From: an uncultured Pelagibacteraceae bacterium
Lineage (GTDB): Bacteria > Pseudomonadota > Alphaproteobacteria > Pelagibacterales > Pelagibacteraceae
Direction: 5' to 3'
NCBI GenBank assembly: GCA_902634935.1
Contig: CACPMF010000006.1
Span: forward strand, 521-64,520
Length of the DNA stretch: 64,000 bases
Part shown: positions 35,768 to 44,332 of the stretch, piece after piece
How positions within the stretch are numbered: the stretch's first letter is position 1
How the letters are laid out: each line of letters opens with the position of its first letter
Notes under the pieces: model-generated
The model's input: only the letters and a program-made list of their open reading frames with translations
Told to the model about the DNA's origin: nothing
Databases searched by the model: none
Translations under genes and position numbers: made by a program

Positions 35768-36047
35768 TATTTATTATCTTATTATTTAAATCTTCTAAAT
35801 TTTTAATGTTGCTAATTTTTAATTGAATGAGGTTATTTTCAAAAAATTTTGTTTGATATTCCATTAATTTTTTTGGAGAAGTGAGAAAATTATAATCTAA
35901 AAGTTCCAGCTCTAGCCTATTTTCTAAGGCTCTTATATTTTCTTTTGTTTCAAATATTTTTTTATCTAGTTGCTTTGTTGAGTTTTTAGTTAAAGTTGTT
36001 GCCAATATTAAAAAAATAACAGGGATTAAAAAAATTAATTTTCTCAT
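35760..36047 (-). CDS. ftsL: Cell division protein FtsL (divergent)
   Basis: TM plus coiled coil ending in LTSP; between rsmH and ftsI. Confidence 0.7.
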   Translation of the reverse strand: MRKLIFLIPVIFLILATTLTKNSTKQLDKKIFETKENIRALENRLELELLDYNFLTSPKKLMEYQTKFFENNLIQLKISNIKNLEDLNNKIINNE

Positions 36048-37045
36048 GAATTATAACTTAAATTCTCAGTCTCAATTAAGTAATTAAATTTTTCATGCAA
36101 TTCATTAAAATTATCATTTTCATCAGTTTTAATAGCGTATCTAAGTTTTGCTGATCTTGATGCAGGATTGATCTTTATTTCGTCATTACTTGGAACAATT
36201 GGTTTATTATTTTTTAATTTTAAACAATTATTTTTTATTACATTTGGTGCATATCGTGAGGAATTTTTTTTGTCAGAATAATTTTTAAAAAAAAATTTTA
36301 CAATTTTATCTTCTATTGAATGAAAAGTTACTACAACAATCATACCTCCAACCGGCAGAATCTTGAATGAATATATTAATCCATTAATTAATTCACTTAT
36401 CTCTTTATTAATATAAATTCGTAAAGCTTGAAAAATTTTTGTTGATGGATTTGTTCTTGAAAATTTATATTTTTTAATTTCTGCTACTATATTAACCAAA
36501 TCTTCGGTTTTGAGTTTATTTTTATTTCTATTTTGAACTATTCTTCTTGCAATTAATTTTGAATTTTTTTCCTCTCCAAATATTTTAAAAATTTTATTTA
36601 GATTTTTCTCAGAAATATTTGAAATTACATCATCACATGAAAACTGATTTAAACCTAGTCTCATGTCTAATTTACCAATACTATTAAACGACAAGCCTTT
36701 TTTCAAATTCAAAATTTGATTTAATGAATAACCTAAATCAAAAATTACAGCTTTAAGATCATTATCTTTAATATTTAATTTATCAATTTCAGAAAATTTA
36801 CTATTAAAAAAATAAAATCGATTTTTATTTTGATTTTCTATTTTTTTCGCAATCTGTGAAACATCCGGATCTCTATCTAAAGCAATTACTTTATTTGATT
36901 TTGTTTTTAATATTTCTTTTGAATATCCGCCTTGACCTAAGGTGCAATCTATAAATGTGCCACCATAAAGAGGGGAAATAATGCTAATTAATTCATTTAG
37001 CAAAACTGGAAAATGGTTTTTTTCCAGATTTATGGTGGCATTCAT
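36044..37045 (-). CDS. rsmH: 16S rRNA m4C1402 methyltransferase
   Basis: HFPVLL, DCTLGQGGYS, DLGYS, FQALRI, FHSIED, RSAKLR. Confidence 0.95.
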   Translation of the reverse strand: MNATINLEKNHFPVLLNELISIISPLYGGTFIDCTLGQGGYSKEILKTKSNKVIALDRDPDVSQIAKKIENQNKNRFYFFNSKFSEIDKLNIKDNDLKAVIFDLGYSLNQILNLKKGLSFNSIGKLDMRLGLNQFSCDDVISNISEKNLNKIFKIFGEEKNSKLIARRIVQNRNKNKLKTEDLVNIVAEIKKYKFSRTNPSTKIFQALRIYINKEISELINGLIYSFKILPVGGMIVVVTFHSIEDKIVKFFFKNYSDKKNSSRYAPNVIKNNCLKLKNNKPIVPSNDEIKINPASRSAKLRYAIKTDENDNFNELHEKFNYLIETENLSYNS

Positions 37046-37063
37046 TTATTTTTTTGAAGAACA

Positions 37064-38491
37064 TTAATTTTTTTGTCTTCTCAAAAATGCTGGTATTTCT
37101 AGATCATCTTCTTCGGAAATTTGATCTTCTCCTGATTTAATTGAACTTTCTTCATTCATCTCCCCAGTATCAGAGTTAAAAAGTTCAGGAGTTTCTTCTT
37201 CATTAAATTTAAAATTTTCAAGACCATTTGATGAAAAATCATTCTCCGCTGTATTTGAACTGTTCTCTACTTCTTGACTTTGAAAAGTCTCTTTTTCACT
37301 TGAATTATCTTGATAAGTATCCATCTCATTTGCACTAACATCCAAATTTTCACTTTTTATCTCTTCTTCAATTTTAAGCGCATTCGCTCCATTAGTAATT
37401 ATTGAATTAGTTGGATTTGAAAATGTAAACGACTGCGATGAACCTGTATTAGAAAAATCTGTATAACCAGGATTTCTATTTTGTATTCTGTGTACCATAT
37501 TGATAACTGATTTCGGTTCAGGTTGTTGGCCATCAAGTGATGTTGCAACAATTGATACTCTCATTAGTCCATCTAGATTTTCATCTGTAATTGCTCCAAT
37601 AATAAGTTCTGCCTCTGGATCAACTTCAGCTCTTACTTTGTTTACAGCTTCGTCTACCTCAAACAGTTTTAAATCCTTTCCTCCAGTAATGTTAACAAGC
37701 AATCCTTTTGCACCTTTTAATGTGTAATCATCAATTAAGGGATTATTAATTGCCATTTCAGCAGCTTTTACCGCTCTACCTTCTCCTTCTGCTTGGCCAG
37801 TACCCATCATTGCTTTACCCATTGAACTCATAACTGTCTCAACATCTGCAAAGTCTAAATTTATTAAACCCGGTCTGACCATTAAATCTGTAATACTTTG
37901 AACCCCATGTAACAAAACATCATTAGATAGCTCAAAAGACTCTTCGAAAGTAGTTTGCTCACTTGCAATTTTAAACAAGTTTTGGTTTGGAACTACGATT
38001 ATTGTATCAACATGTTTTCTTAGCTCTTCTAATCCTTGTTGAGCTTTTCTCATTCTTGATGGACCTTCATATAAAAATGGAAGAGTAACTACACCTACTG
38101 TTAAAATGTTCAATTCTTTTGCAGCTCTTGCAATTACATGTGCAGCTCCAGTTCCAGTACCACCACCCATTCCTGCAGTTATGAAAACCATGTTTGAACC
38201 TTGCAATACATTTATTATTTCATTTAAGGACTCATCAGCTGATGCTTCACCTATATCTAACTTTGCACCTGCTCCTAAACCTTTTGTGAGATTTAAACCC
38301 ATTTGTATTTTTCCCTGGGCTTTACTTAGTCTTAAATCCTGTGCATCTGTATTAACAGCGATAAATTCAACACCTTGAAGACCAGCTTCAATCATCCCAT
38401 TAATTGCGTTTCCTCCAGCTCCTCCAACTCCAAGAACTAATATTCTTGGTTTTAGCTCTTTAATGTCTGGTGTTTTAAAATTTATTGTCAT
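37064..38491 (-). CDS. ftsZ: Cell division GTPase FtsZ
   Basis: [22 protein letters not shown], acidic linker, C-terminal [10 protein letters not shown]; strong SD GGGGGA. Confidence 0.98.
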   Translation of the reverse strand: MTINFKTPDIKELKPRILVLGVGGAGGNAINGMIEAGLQGVEFIAVNTDAQDLRLSKAQGKIQMGLNLTKGLGAGAKLDIGEASADESLNEIINVLQGSNMVFITAGMGGGTGTGAAHVIARAAKELNILTVGVVTLPFLYEGPSRMRKAQQGLEELRKHVDTIIVVPNQNLFKIASEQTTFEESFELSNDVLLHGVQSITDLMVRPGLINLDFADVETVMSSMGKAMMGTGQAEGEGRAVKAAEMAINNPLIDDYTLKGAKGLLVNITGGKDLKLFEVDEAVNKVRAEVDPEAELIIGAITDENLDGLMRVSIVATSLDGQQPEPKSVINMVHRIQNRNPGYTDFSNTGSSQSFTFSNPTNSIITNGANALKIEEEIKSENLDVSANEMDTYQDNSSEKETFQSQEVENSSNTAENDFSSNGLENFKFNEEETPELFNSDTGEMNEESSIKSGEDQISEEDDLEIPAFLRRQKN

Positions 38492-38502
38492 TTATCCCCC
38501 TT

Positions 38503-38958
38503 TTAGTTATTAAGTTTTTTTTCCCATTTAAGGCTGTTTCTATTTATGTTTGATTTTTTTCTAGCGTTTACCCTAAATTTTTCAAAAGAAGTTGGTTCCC
38601 ATATTTGAAATGTTTTTCCTTGACCAACGAAAAGTATGCTGTTTCTAATTTTCGAATGTTTTAGTAATTTTCTTGTTAGTGCAATACGGCCTTCACTATC
38701 AAATTGTAGATTTATACTTTCTGATAAAATTGATGTTGCAAAATAATCCTTTTTTTCTTCAAAGGGATCTAATGAATCTATTGTATTTGATATTTTTTCT
38801 ATTCTATCTTGTGGCCAAGCCTCGATTGATGAATGATTAAAAGATGGGAAACAAACTATTCCATTATACCCAAGATTTGACAAATATGATCTAAACGGAG
38901 CAGGCACAGAAACTCTCCCTTTTTTGTCTAATTTGTTTTCGTAAGTAGATAGAAACAT
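38503..38958 (-). CDS. mraZ: dcw transcriptional regulator MraZ
   Basis: LDKKGRVSVP and FDSEGRI (DxxGR) repeats; FQIWEP. Confidence 0.95.
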   Translation of the reverse strand: MFLSTYENKLDKKGRVSVPAPFRSYLSNLGYNGIVCFPSFNHSSIEAWPQDRIEKISNTIDSLDPFEEKKDYFATSILSESINLQFDSEGRIALTRKLLKHSKIRNSILFVGQGKTFQIWEPTSFEKFRVNARKKSNINRNSLKWEKKLNN

Positions 38959-38986
38959 TTTTATATAATTTTAATAATTCCATATT

Positions 38987-39010
38987 TGGGAATATATGGG
39001 ATATTATGGG
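38987..39010. promoter_or_regulatory. Putative MraZ operator: three TGGG direct repeats with 10-bp period
   Basis: TGGG at 38987, 38997 and 39007 (+ strand), 29-52 bp upstream of the mraZ start. Confidence 0.7.
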
Positions 39011-39097
39011 TTTTTAATACAATTTTCAATAGAAAATAAACAATGAAAATCTCATATGAGACTTTTATAAATGCTATTTTTAGATTGAAATAATTAG

Positions 39098-39455
39098 TGC
39101 CAGATAAACTATAAGCCGGGTTCTGTCGTTTAAACTTATCATTTATCTAGGCTTTAAATCACTTTAAAGCTCAAGCAACTAACCCTGATGACTAGCCAAA
39201 GACTGCTTTTAGTTATTTCTAACAATGTCATCTCTACTCAGTCTTGCTCTCAGTGGGGTTTTCCATGCGCTAGCTGTTACCAACTTAGCCGGTGTGCTCT
39301 TACCACACCTTTTCACCCTTGCCTTGATAAGGCGGTTTATTTTCTGTGGCACTGTCCCTGGGGTCTCCCCCGCCAGTCGTTAACTGGCACTGTGTCTTTG
39401 TAGAGCCCGGACTTTCCTCTTTAATTTATTAAAGTGATAAGTCATTTATCTGGCA
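39098..39455 (-). ncRNA. rnpB: RNase P RNA (bacterial type A)
   Basis: GAGGAAAGTCCGGGC, AGTGCCACAGAAA, GGGTGAAAAGGTGTGGTAAGAGCAC, ACAGAACCCGGCTTA; terminal P1 helix TGCCAGATAAA/TTTATCTGGCA. Confidence 0.97.
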
Positions 39456-39504
39456 GTGTGAAAATATTAATTTTTAAAAATTTTTCAATAATTTTAAATG
39501 TAAG

Positions 39505-40242
39505 TTATTTAAGGGTTTTTGAGATGTTGAAGGTTTCAAGATCTAAAATACCACTTACTCTTTCAGGTCTGAATCTCATTTGAAATACTTTTATCAATTT
39601 TTTTTTTTCTGAATAATTTTCAAATAAAATTGAATATCCAAATTTTTTCATATTTAAAAAGAAAATTTTTTCTAATATTTTCGATTTAAGTATCTTAAAT
39701 TTATCTTCTTTATTGTTTTTATATTTATGCCAAATCCCTATATTTTTTTTATATAAAAAATGCCAAGGAAAATATTCACCTGGATCTTTTTTTCTTAATG
39801 GAGCTATATCTGAATGTCCTAGAATGTTTTTGTTTTTAATTGAATATTTTTTAATTAATTTTTTTGATAATTTAATTAAGCTCTCAATTTGTTTTTCGCT
39901 AAATTTTTTGTACTTATGATCATGACCTGGGTTTGAAATTTCTATACCAATAGAACTTTTATTTAAATTTTTATCTTTTTTCCAAAATGATTTACCTGCA
40001 TGCCAAGCGACATATAAATCTGGCACCATTTGAATAATTTGACCTTTTTGATCAATGTAATAATGACAGCTAACCTTTGATTTTGTTTTGGTTAGTTTTT
40101 CAATTGCAGATTTATCACATTTCATTCCTGTATAATGAAATATCAAATATTTGATTTTTGACTTTTTTCTTTTTATTAAATCGAAGTTCGGAGAATAATT
40201 TAAAGTCATTTTTTCAACAATATTTGGCATAAATTTAAACAA
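39505..40242 (-). CDS. N-acetylmuramoyl-L-alanine amidase (Amidase_2, AmiD/AmpD-like)
   Basis: SPNF, HYTG, VSCHY, AWHAG, SIGIEI, GHSDIAPLRKKDPG; C-terminal PG-binding-like FQMRFRP. Confidence 0.92.
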   Translation of the reverse strand: MFKFMPNIVEKMTLNYSPNFDLIKRKKSKIKYLIFHYTGMKCDKSAIEKLTKTKSKVSCHYYIDQKGQIIQMVPDLYVAWHAGKSFWKKDKNLNKSSIGIEISNPGHDHKYKKFSEKQIESLIKLSKKLIKKYSIKNKNILGHSDIAPLRKKDPGEYFPWHFLYKKNIGIWHKYKNNKEDKFKILKSKILEKIFFLNMKKFGYSILFENYSEKKKLIKVFQMRFRPERVSGILDLETFNISKTLK

Positions 40243-40284
40243 TTTAATGTTTATATTATTTAAAGTTATAATATAAATCGTTTT

Positions 40285-41082
40285 ATGAGAAAAATATTTA
40301 AAATCGTAACATTAATTTTTGTAAGCAATATGTTGTTTTCGATTGCTACTGCGGGCTCTGATGGAAATCTTGAAATAGAGACTAAATCAAATTCTGGAGA
40401 AATTAAAGATTGTTTCGAAAAAGTTAATAGAGGTATTTTTGCATTTAACCAAGGATTGGATAAAGTAATTTTCAAACCATTAGCAACTGGATATAGAAAA
40501 CTTCCTCAACCAGTAAGATCTGGAGCAAGTAATGCTCTTGGAAATTTGAGTAATGTTGTGACGATACCTAACAATGTTTTACAAGGTAATATTAAAGATG
40601 CGGGAGTGAATACTTTAAGATTTGTAATTAATACTACATTAGGAATTGGTGGTTTATTTGATGTTGCATCTTATTATGGTTTGGAAAAAAGAGAAAAAGA
40701 GGATTATGGTCAAACTCTAGGTACATGGGGAGTAGGTGAAGGATGTTATTTTGTTTTACCAGTATTAGGTCCAACAACTGTTAGGGACTCTTTGGGTTCG
40801 GTTGCTAACATAATGGGAGGTGATGCATGGTACAACGTTACAATAGCTAATGATACTCAATATTTTAATGAAGCAGATTATTATTTAAGTAGAGTTATGA
40901 GTGGTGTTGATTTTAGAGCTAAAAATTTAGAGTCTTTTGATAGTTTAGAGAGAACTTCATTAGATCTTTATTCCTCTGTAAGAAGTTTATACTTACAAGA
41001 TAGACGAAAAAAAATACAAAATCTTGATGAAATTACTGAGACATTGAGTGATGATGATTGGGAAGAAGTTGACGCCCAGTAA
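40285..41082 (+). CDS. mlaA: MlaA/VacJ outer-membrane lipid asymmetry protein
   Basis: FEKVNRGIFAFN, RFVINTTLGIGGLFD, EDYGQTLG, LPVLGPTTVRD. Confidence 0.92.
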   Translation: MRKIFKIVTLIFVSNMLFSIATAGSDGNLEIETKSNSGEIKDCFEKVNRGIFAFNQGLDKVIFKPLATGYRKLPQPVRSGASNALGNLSNVVTIPNNVLQGNIKDAGVNTLRFVINTTLGIGGLFDVASYYGLEKREKEDYGQTLGTWGVGEGCYFVLPVLGPTTVRDSLGSVANIMGGDAWYNVTIANDTQYFNEADYYLSRVMSGVDFRAKNLESFDSLERTSLDLYSSVRSLYLQDRRKKIQNLDEITETLSDDDWEEVDAQ

Positions 41083-41088
41083 AATCAA

Positions 41089-41679
41089 ATGAACTCTCTT
41101 AGAATAATATTTATAATCTTAATCTCTTTGATTATATCAAAGCCCACATATGCCAAAAATCCTAGTGATTTAATTAAGGAAATTGTTGATCAAGCTTCAA
41201 AGGTATTATCAAGTGATGATCCAGTTGAGTCTAAAATCATTAAACTAAATGATATTGCAGAAAGAAGTGTAGATATTAATGGAATAGGTATGTACACACT
41301 TGGTAAATATAGAAAGTCAATTTCTGCGGAAGATAAGTCAAAATATCAAAAATTATTTAAAAGCTATTTTCTAAAGAGTTTTTCTAGTCGATTAGTAGAT
41401 TACACTGATCCAAAAATTAATGTAGTCTCAGAGAAAAAAGTAAGTGATAAATATACAATAGTAAATAGCGTGCTTGAAGCAAGCAAAGGTAGACCAGAAG
41501 TAAAAATTGATTGGAGAATTTATACAAAAAATCCACAAAAACCTTTAATCAGGGATTTAATGGTAGAAGGACTAAGTTTGGCAAGAACTCAAAAAGAAGA
41601 ATTTAATTCAGTAATTCAAAATAATAATGGAGATATTAATTCTTTATTTAAGGTTTTAGAGGAATTTATAATCAAATAA
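41089..41679 (+). CDS. mlaC: MlaC/Ttg2D periplasmic phospholipid shuttle
   Basis: LGKYR, IDWR, DLMVEGLSLARTQKEEF; follows mlaA. Confidence 0.9.
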   Translation: MNSLRIIFIILISLIISKPTYAKNPSDLIKEIVDQASKVLSSDDPVESKIIKLNDIAERSVDINGIGMYTLGKYRKSISAEDKSKYQKLFKSYFLKSFSSRLVDYTDPKINVVSEKKVSDKYTIVNSVLEASKGRPEVKIDWRIYTKNPQKPLIRDLMVEGLSLARTQKEEFNSVIQNNNGDINSLFKVLEEFIIK

Positions 41680-42135
41680 TTATTTTTTGTTTGCAAGCTT
41701 TTGCAAAAGATATATTTCTTTATCAGTCAGTGTATTTCTATTTTCTTTAATTAAGTCCACAAGGCTAAACAACGATAATAAGTTTATTAAAGCGGCTATT
41801 CCACTAAAAACAATAAAGTGAATTAAGTTCAAATTCAAAATTATTAATACGATAAATAAACTTGACCAACCAATAAATATTCCTCTCAATATTGTACGGT
41901 GACTTTGAAGATCTTTTATTTTCATAAACTGAAAAAAAATAACAATTAATAAAAACATTATTCCAGCAAGCGCTGCTCTAAGAGAAACTAATATATCCAT
42001 CCCATCACCATAAAGTTCTTTGTGAATTAAATATGCAACGAAAGCTTTATAAGCAAATAAACAAAAGAAAATAAACGCTATACCAGAAGATACTAAATAA
42101 GCATATTTAGGAATTACTTTTATTTTTATATTCAT
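41680..42135 (-). CDS. Hypothetical 4-TM membrane protein
   Basis: 151-aa ORF with four hydrophobic segments filling the mlaC-tRNA gap. Confidence 0.7.
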   Translation of the reverse strand: MNIKIKVIPKYAYLVSSGIAFIFFCLFAYKAFVAYLIHKELYGDGMDILVSLRAALAGIMFLLIVIFFQFMKIKDLQSHRTILRGIFIGWSSLFIVLIILNLNLIHFIVFSGIAALINLLSLFSLVDLIKENRNTLTDKEIYLLQKLANKK

Positions 42136-42215
42136 AAATTATTGAAAGAATAATAAATTTAAAAAAGTTATTAAAGAAAGTAATTTAAAACTCTCAGTTG
42201 TATTTAAGTTTTAAA

Positions 42216-42292
42216 TGGTGGGCCCGCCAGGACTCGAACCTGGGACCAATACATTATGAGTGTACTGCTCTAACCAACTGAGCTACAGGCCC
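42216..42292 (-). tRNA. tRNA-Ile2 (CAT, lysidine-modified)
   Basis: GGGCCTG TA GCTC AGTTGGTTA GAGC A GTACA CTCATAA TGTAT TGGTC CCAGG TTCGAGT CCTGG CGGGCCC A CCA; acceptor stem resembles alphaproteobacterial Ile2 rather than Met. Confidence 0.9.
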
Positions 42293-42354
42293 TTTAATTG
42301 AGAAAACTAATTATACTATTTTTTTTTAGTTATCAATTGAAGATAAATAAGAAA

Positions 42355-42429
42355 TGGTGGGCCGTGTTGGTTACGCTCCAACTACCCCTGCAATGTCAAT
42401 GCAGTACTCTACTATTGAGCTAACGGCCC
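42355..42429 (-). tRNA. tRNA-Val (GAC) with non-canonical D and T loops
   Basis: GGGCCGT TA GCTC AATAGTA GAGT A CTGCA TTGACAT TGCAG GGGTA GTTGG AGCGTAA CCAAC ACGGCCC A CCA; all four stems pair and CCA is encoded. Confidence 0.9.
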
Positions 42430-42431
42430 AA

Positions 42432-44267
42432 TTAGCTTTCTAGGAAACTTTTTAATTGTTTAGATCTGCTTGGGTGTTTCAACTTTCTTAATGCTTTTGC
42501 CTCAATCTGTCTAATTCTTTCTCTGGTGACTGAAAATTGCAATCCTACCTCTTCTAAAGTATGATCAGTATTCATTCCAACACCGAACCTCATTCTTAAA
42601 ACTCTCTCTTCTCTTGGTGTTAAAGTTGATAAAATTTTGGTAGTTGCTTCACTTAAGTTAGATTTTATCGCTTGTTCTAATGGTGCTAGAGCTTTTGTAT
42701 CTTCAATGAAATCTCCCAAACTACTATCCTCTTCGTCCCCAACTGGTTTTTCTAATGATACTGGCTCTTTAGAAATTTTAAGAACTTTTCTAACTTTTTC
42801 TAATGGCATTCTTAATTTTTTAGCCAACTCTTCAGGTGTTGCCTCTCTTCCAAATTCACTCAAAATCAACCTTTGTGTCCTCACTATTTTATTGATTGTC
42901 TCAATCATATGAACTGGTATTCTAATTGTTCTCGCTTGATCTGCAATTGATCTTGTAATTGCCTGTCTAATCCACCATGTTGCATAAGTTGAAAACTTAT
43001 AACCTCTTCGATATTCAAATTTATCTACCGCTTTCATCAAACCTATATTTCCCTCTTGGATTAGGTCTAAAAATTGCAAACCTCTATTTGTATATTTCTT
43101 AGCAATTGAAATTACTAATCTTAGATTAGCTTCAACCATTTCCTTTTTTGCAATTCTAGATTCTTTCTCACCTTTTTGTACTCTACTAACCAATTTTTTA
43201 TAATCTGTTACTGAAATTCCAAGTTTATGACTTATTTCAATAAGTCTTTCTCTAATATTTTTAAACTCATCTTTATTTTTTTGAAAAAATTTTTTCCACA
43301 CTTCATTTGTATCTAAAAAAATTTTTAGATTAGGATTTATTTCATTCCCGATATAAAATTTAATGAATTCGTCTCTAGTTATTTTAGCATCAATTGCAAG
43401 TCTAAGAAGGTTTCCCTCAAGAGAAATAATTTTTTTATTTTCCACATAATGTTTTTGTACCAATTCCTCTAATACAGATGGTGATAACTGAAGTGATTTA
43501 ATATTTTCTAAAATATCATCAACAATTTTTTTATAATTTTTTTCTTTTGAGCTTGAAAAAACTTGTGTGTTTAAAATACAATCAAGTTTTTCTTTTTGAT
43601 ACTTAATAAGCTTATTGTAATCTTTTGTAAGATTATGAATTGTTTGCAATACTTTTGGTTTTATTTCAGTTTCCATTGCAGCCAAAGTAGGATTAAATTC
43701 GTCATCCTCGCTTGAATTTGTGCTCTGTTCTTCTCCTTCCTCATTGCCAGTGTCAGATTTTTTTTGTTTAGCACTTTGGCCTGTATCCTCATCTTCCATG
43801 TAATTCGTATCGATGTCTATGATTTCTCTTACTAAAATTTCATCATTCTGAAGTTTTGTATTCCACTCAAAGAATTGTTGAGCTGTAATAGGACTCTGGG
43901 AAAGCGCATTAAGCATTACGTCTTTACCAGCTTCTATCCTCTTTGCTATTGCTATCTCGCCTTCTCTGGATAAGAGTTCCACACCTCCCATCTCTCTAAG
44001 GTACATTCTAATAGGATCATCACTTTTTTCTATAGTTTTTCCCTCTTCTTTAGATGAAGGGTCTTTTTTTTTTAAAATTTTATAGTCGGATTTTTTTTCT
44101 ACTAAAATAATACTCTCATTTAAAATATGAATAAATGCCTGTTCTAGATTTTCGTTTGAAAGATTTCTTTTTCCCAAAGATTTGTTTAATTCTTCATAGG
44201 TTATAAAACCTCTATGGATACCTCGACCCATAAGTCTTGCAAATGATTTAGTAATTATTCGTTCCAC
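42432..44267 (-). CDS. rpoD: RNA polymerase primary sigma factor
   Basis: [52 protein letters not shown]. Confidence 0.98.
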   Translation of the reverse strand: MERIITKSFARLMGRGIHRGFITYEELNKSLGKRNLSNENLEQAFIHILNESIILVEKKSDYKILKKKDPSSKEEGKTIEKSDDPIRMYLREMGGVELLSREGEIAIAKRIEAGKDVMLNALSQSPITAQQFFEWNTKLQNDEILVREIIDIDTNYMEDEDTGQSAKQKKSDTGNEEGEEQSTNSSEDDEFNPTLAAMETEIKPKVLQTIHNLTKDYNKLIKYQKEKLDCILNTQVFSSSKEKNYKKIVDDILENIKSLQLSPSVLEELVQKHYVENKKIISLEGNLLRLAIDAKITRDEFIKFYIGNEINPNLKIFLDTNEVWKKFFQKNKDEFKNIRERLIEISHKLGISVTDYKKLVSRVQKGEKESRIAKKEMVEANLRLVISIAKKYTNRGLQFLDLIQEGNIGLMKAVDKFEYRRGYKFSTYATWWIRQAITRSIADQARTIRIPVHMIETINKIVRTQRLILSEFGREATPEELAKKLRMPLEKVRKVLKISKEPVSLEKPVGDEEDSSLGDFIEDTKALAPLEQAIKSNLSEATTKILSTLTPREERVLRMRFGVGMNTDHTLEEVGLQFSVTRERIRQIEAKALRKLKHPSRSKQLKSFLES

Positions 44268-44332
44268 AAAATAAAGTTAGGAAGATGTATATAATGCAGA
44301 TTTTAGAAAAATCTATGCGATTTTTTTAGTAT

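Noticed and set aside
39188-39403. 71-aa + strand ORF
   Set aside because: Antisense shadow of the GC-richer rnpB RNA gene
42213-42363. Direct repeat AAATGGTGGGCC at both tRNA 3' ends as possible attL/attR
   Set aside because: Explained by the similar acceptor stems and CCA of two complete tRNAs; no integrase or cargo lies between them
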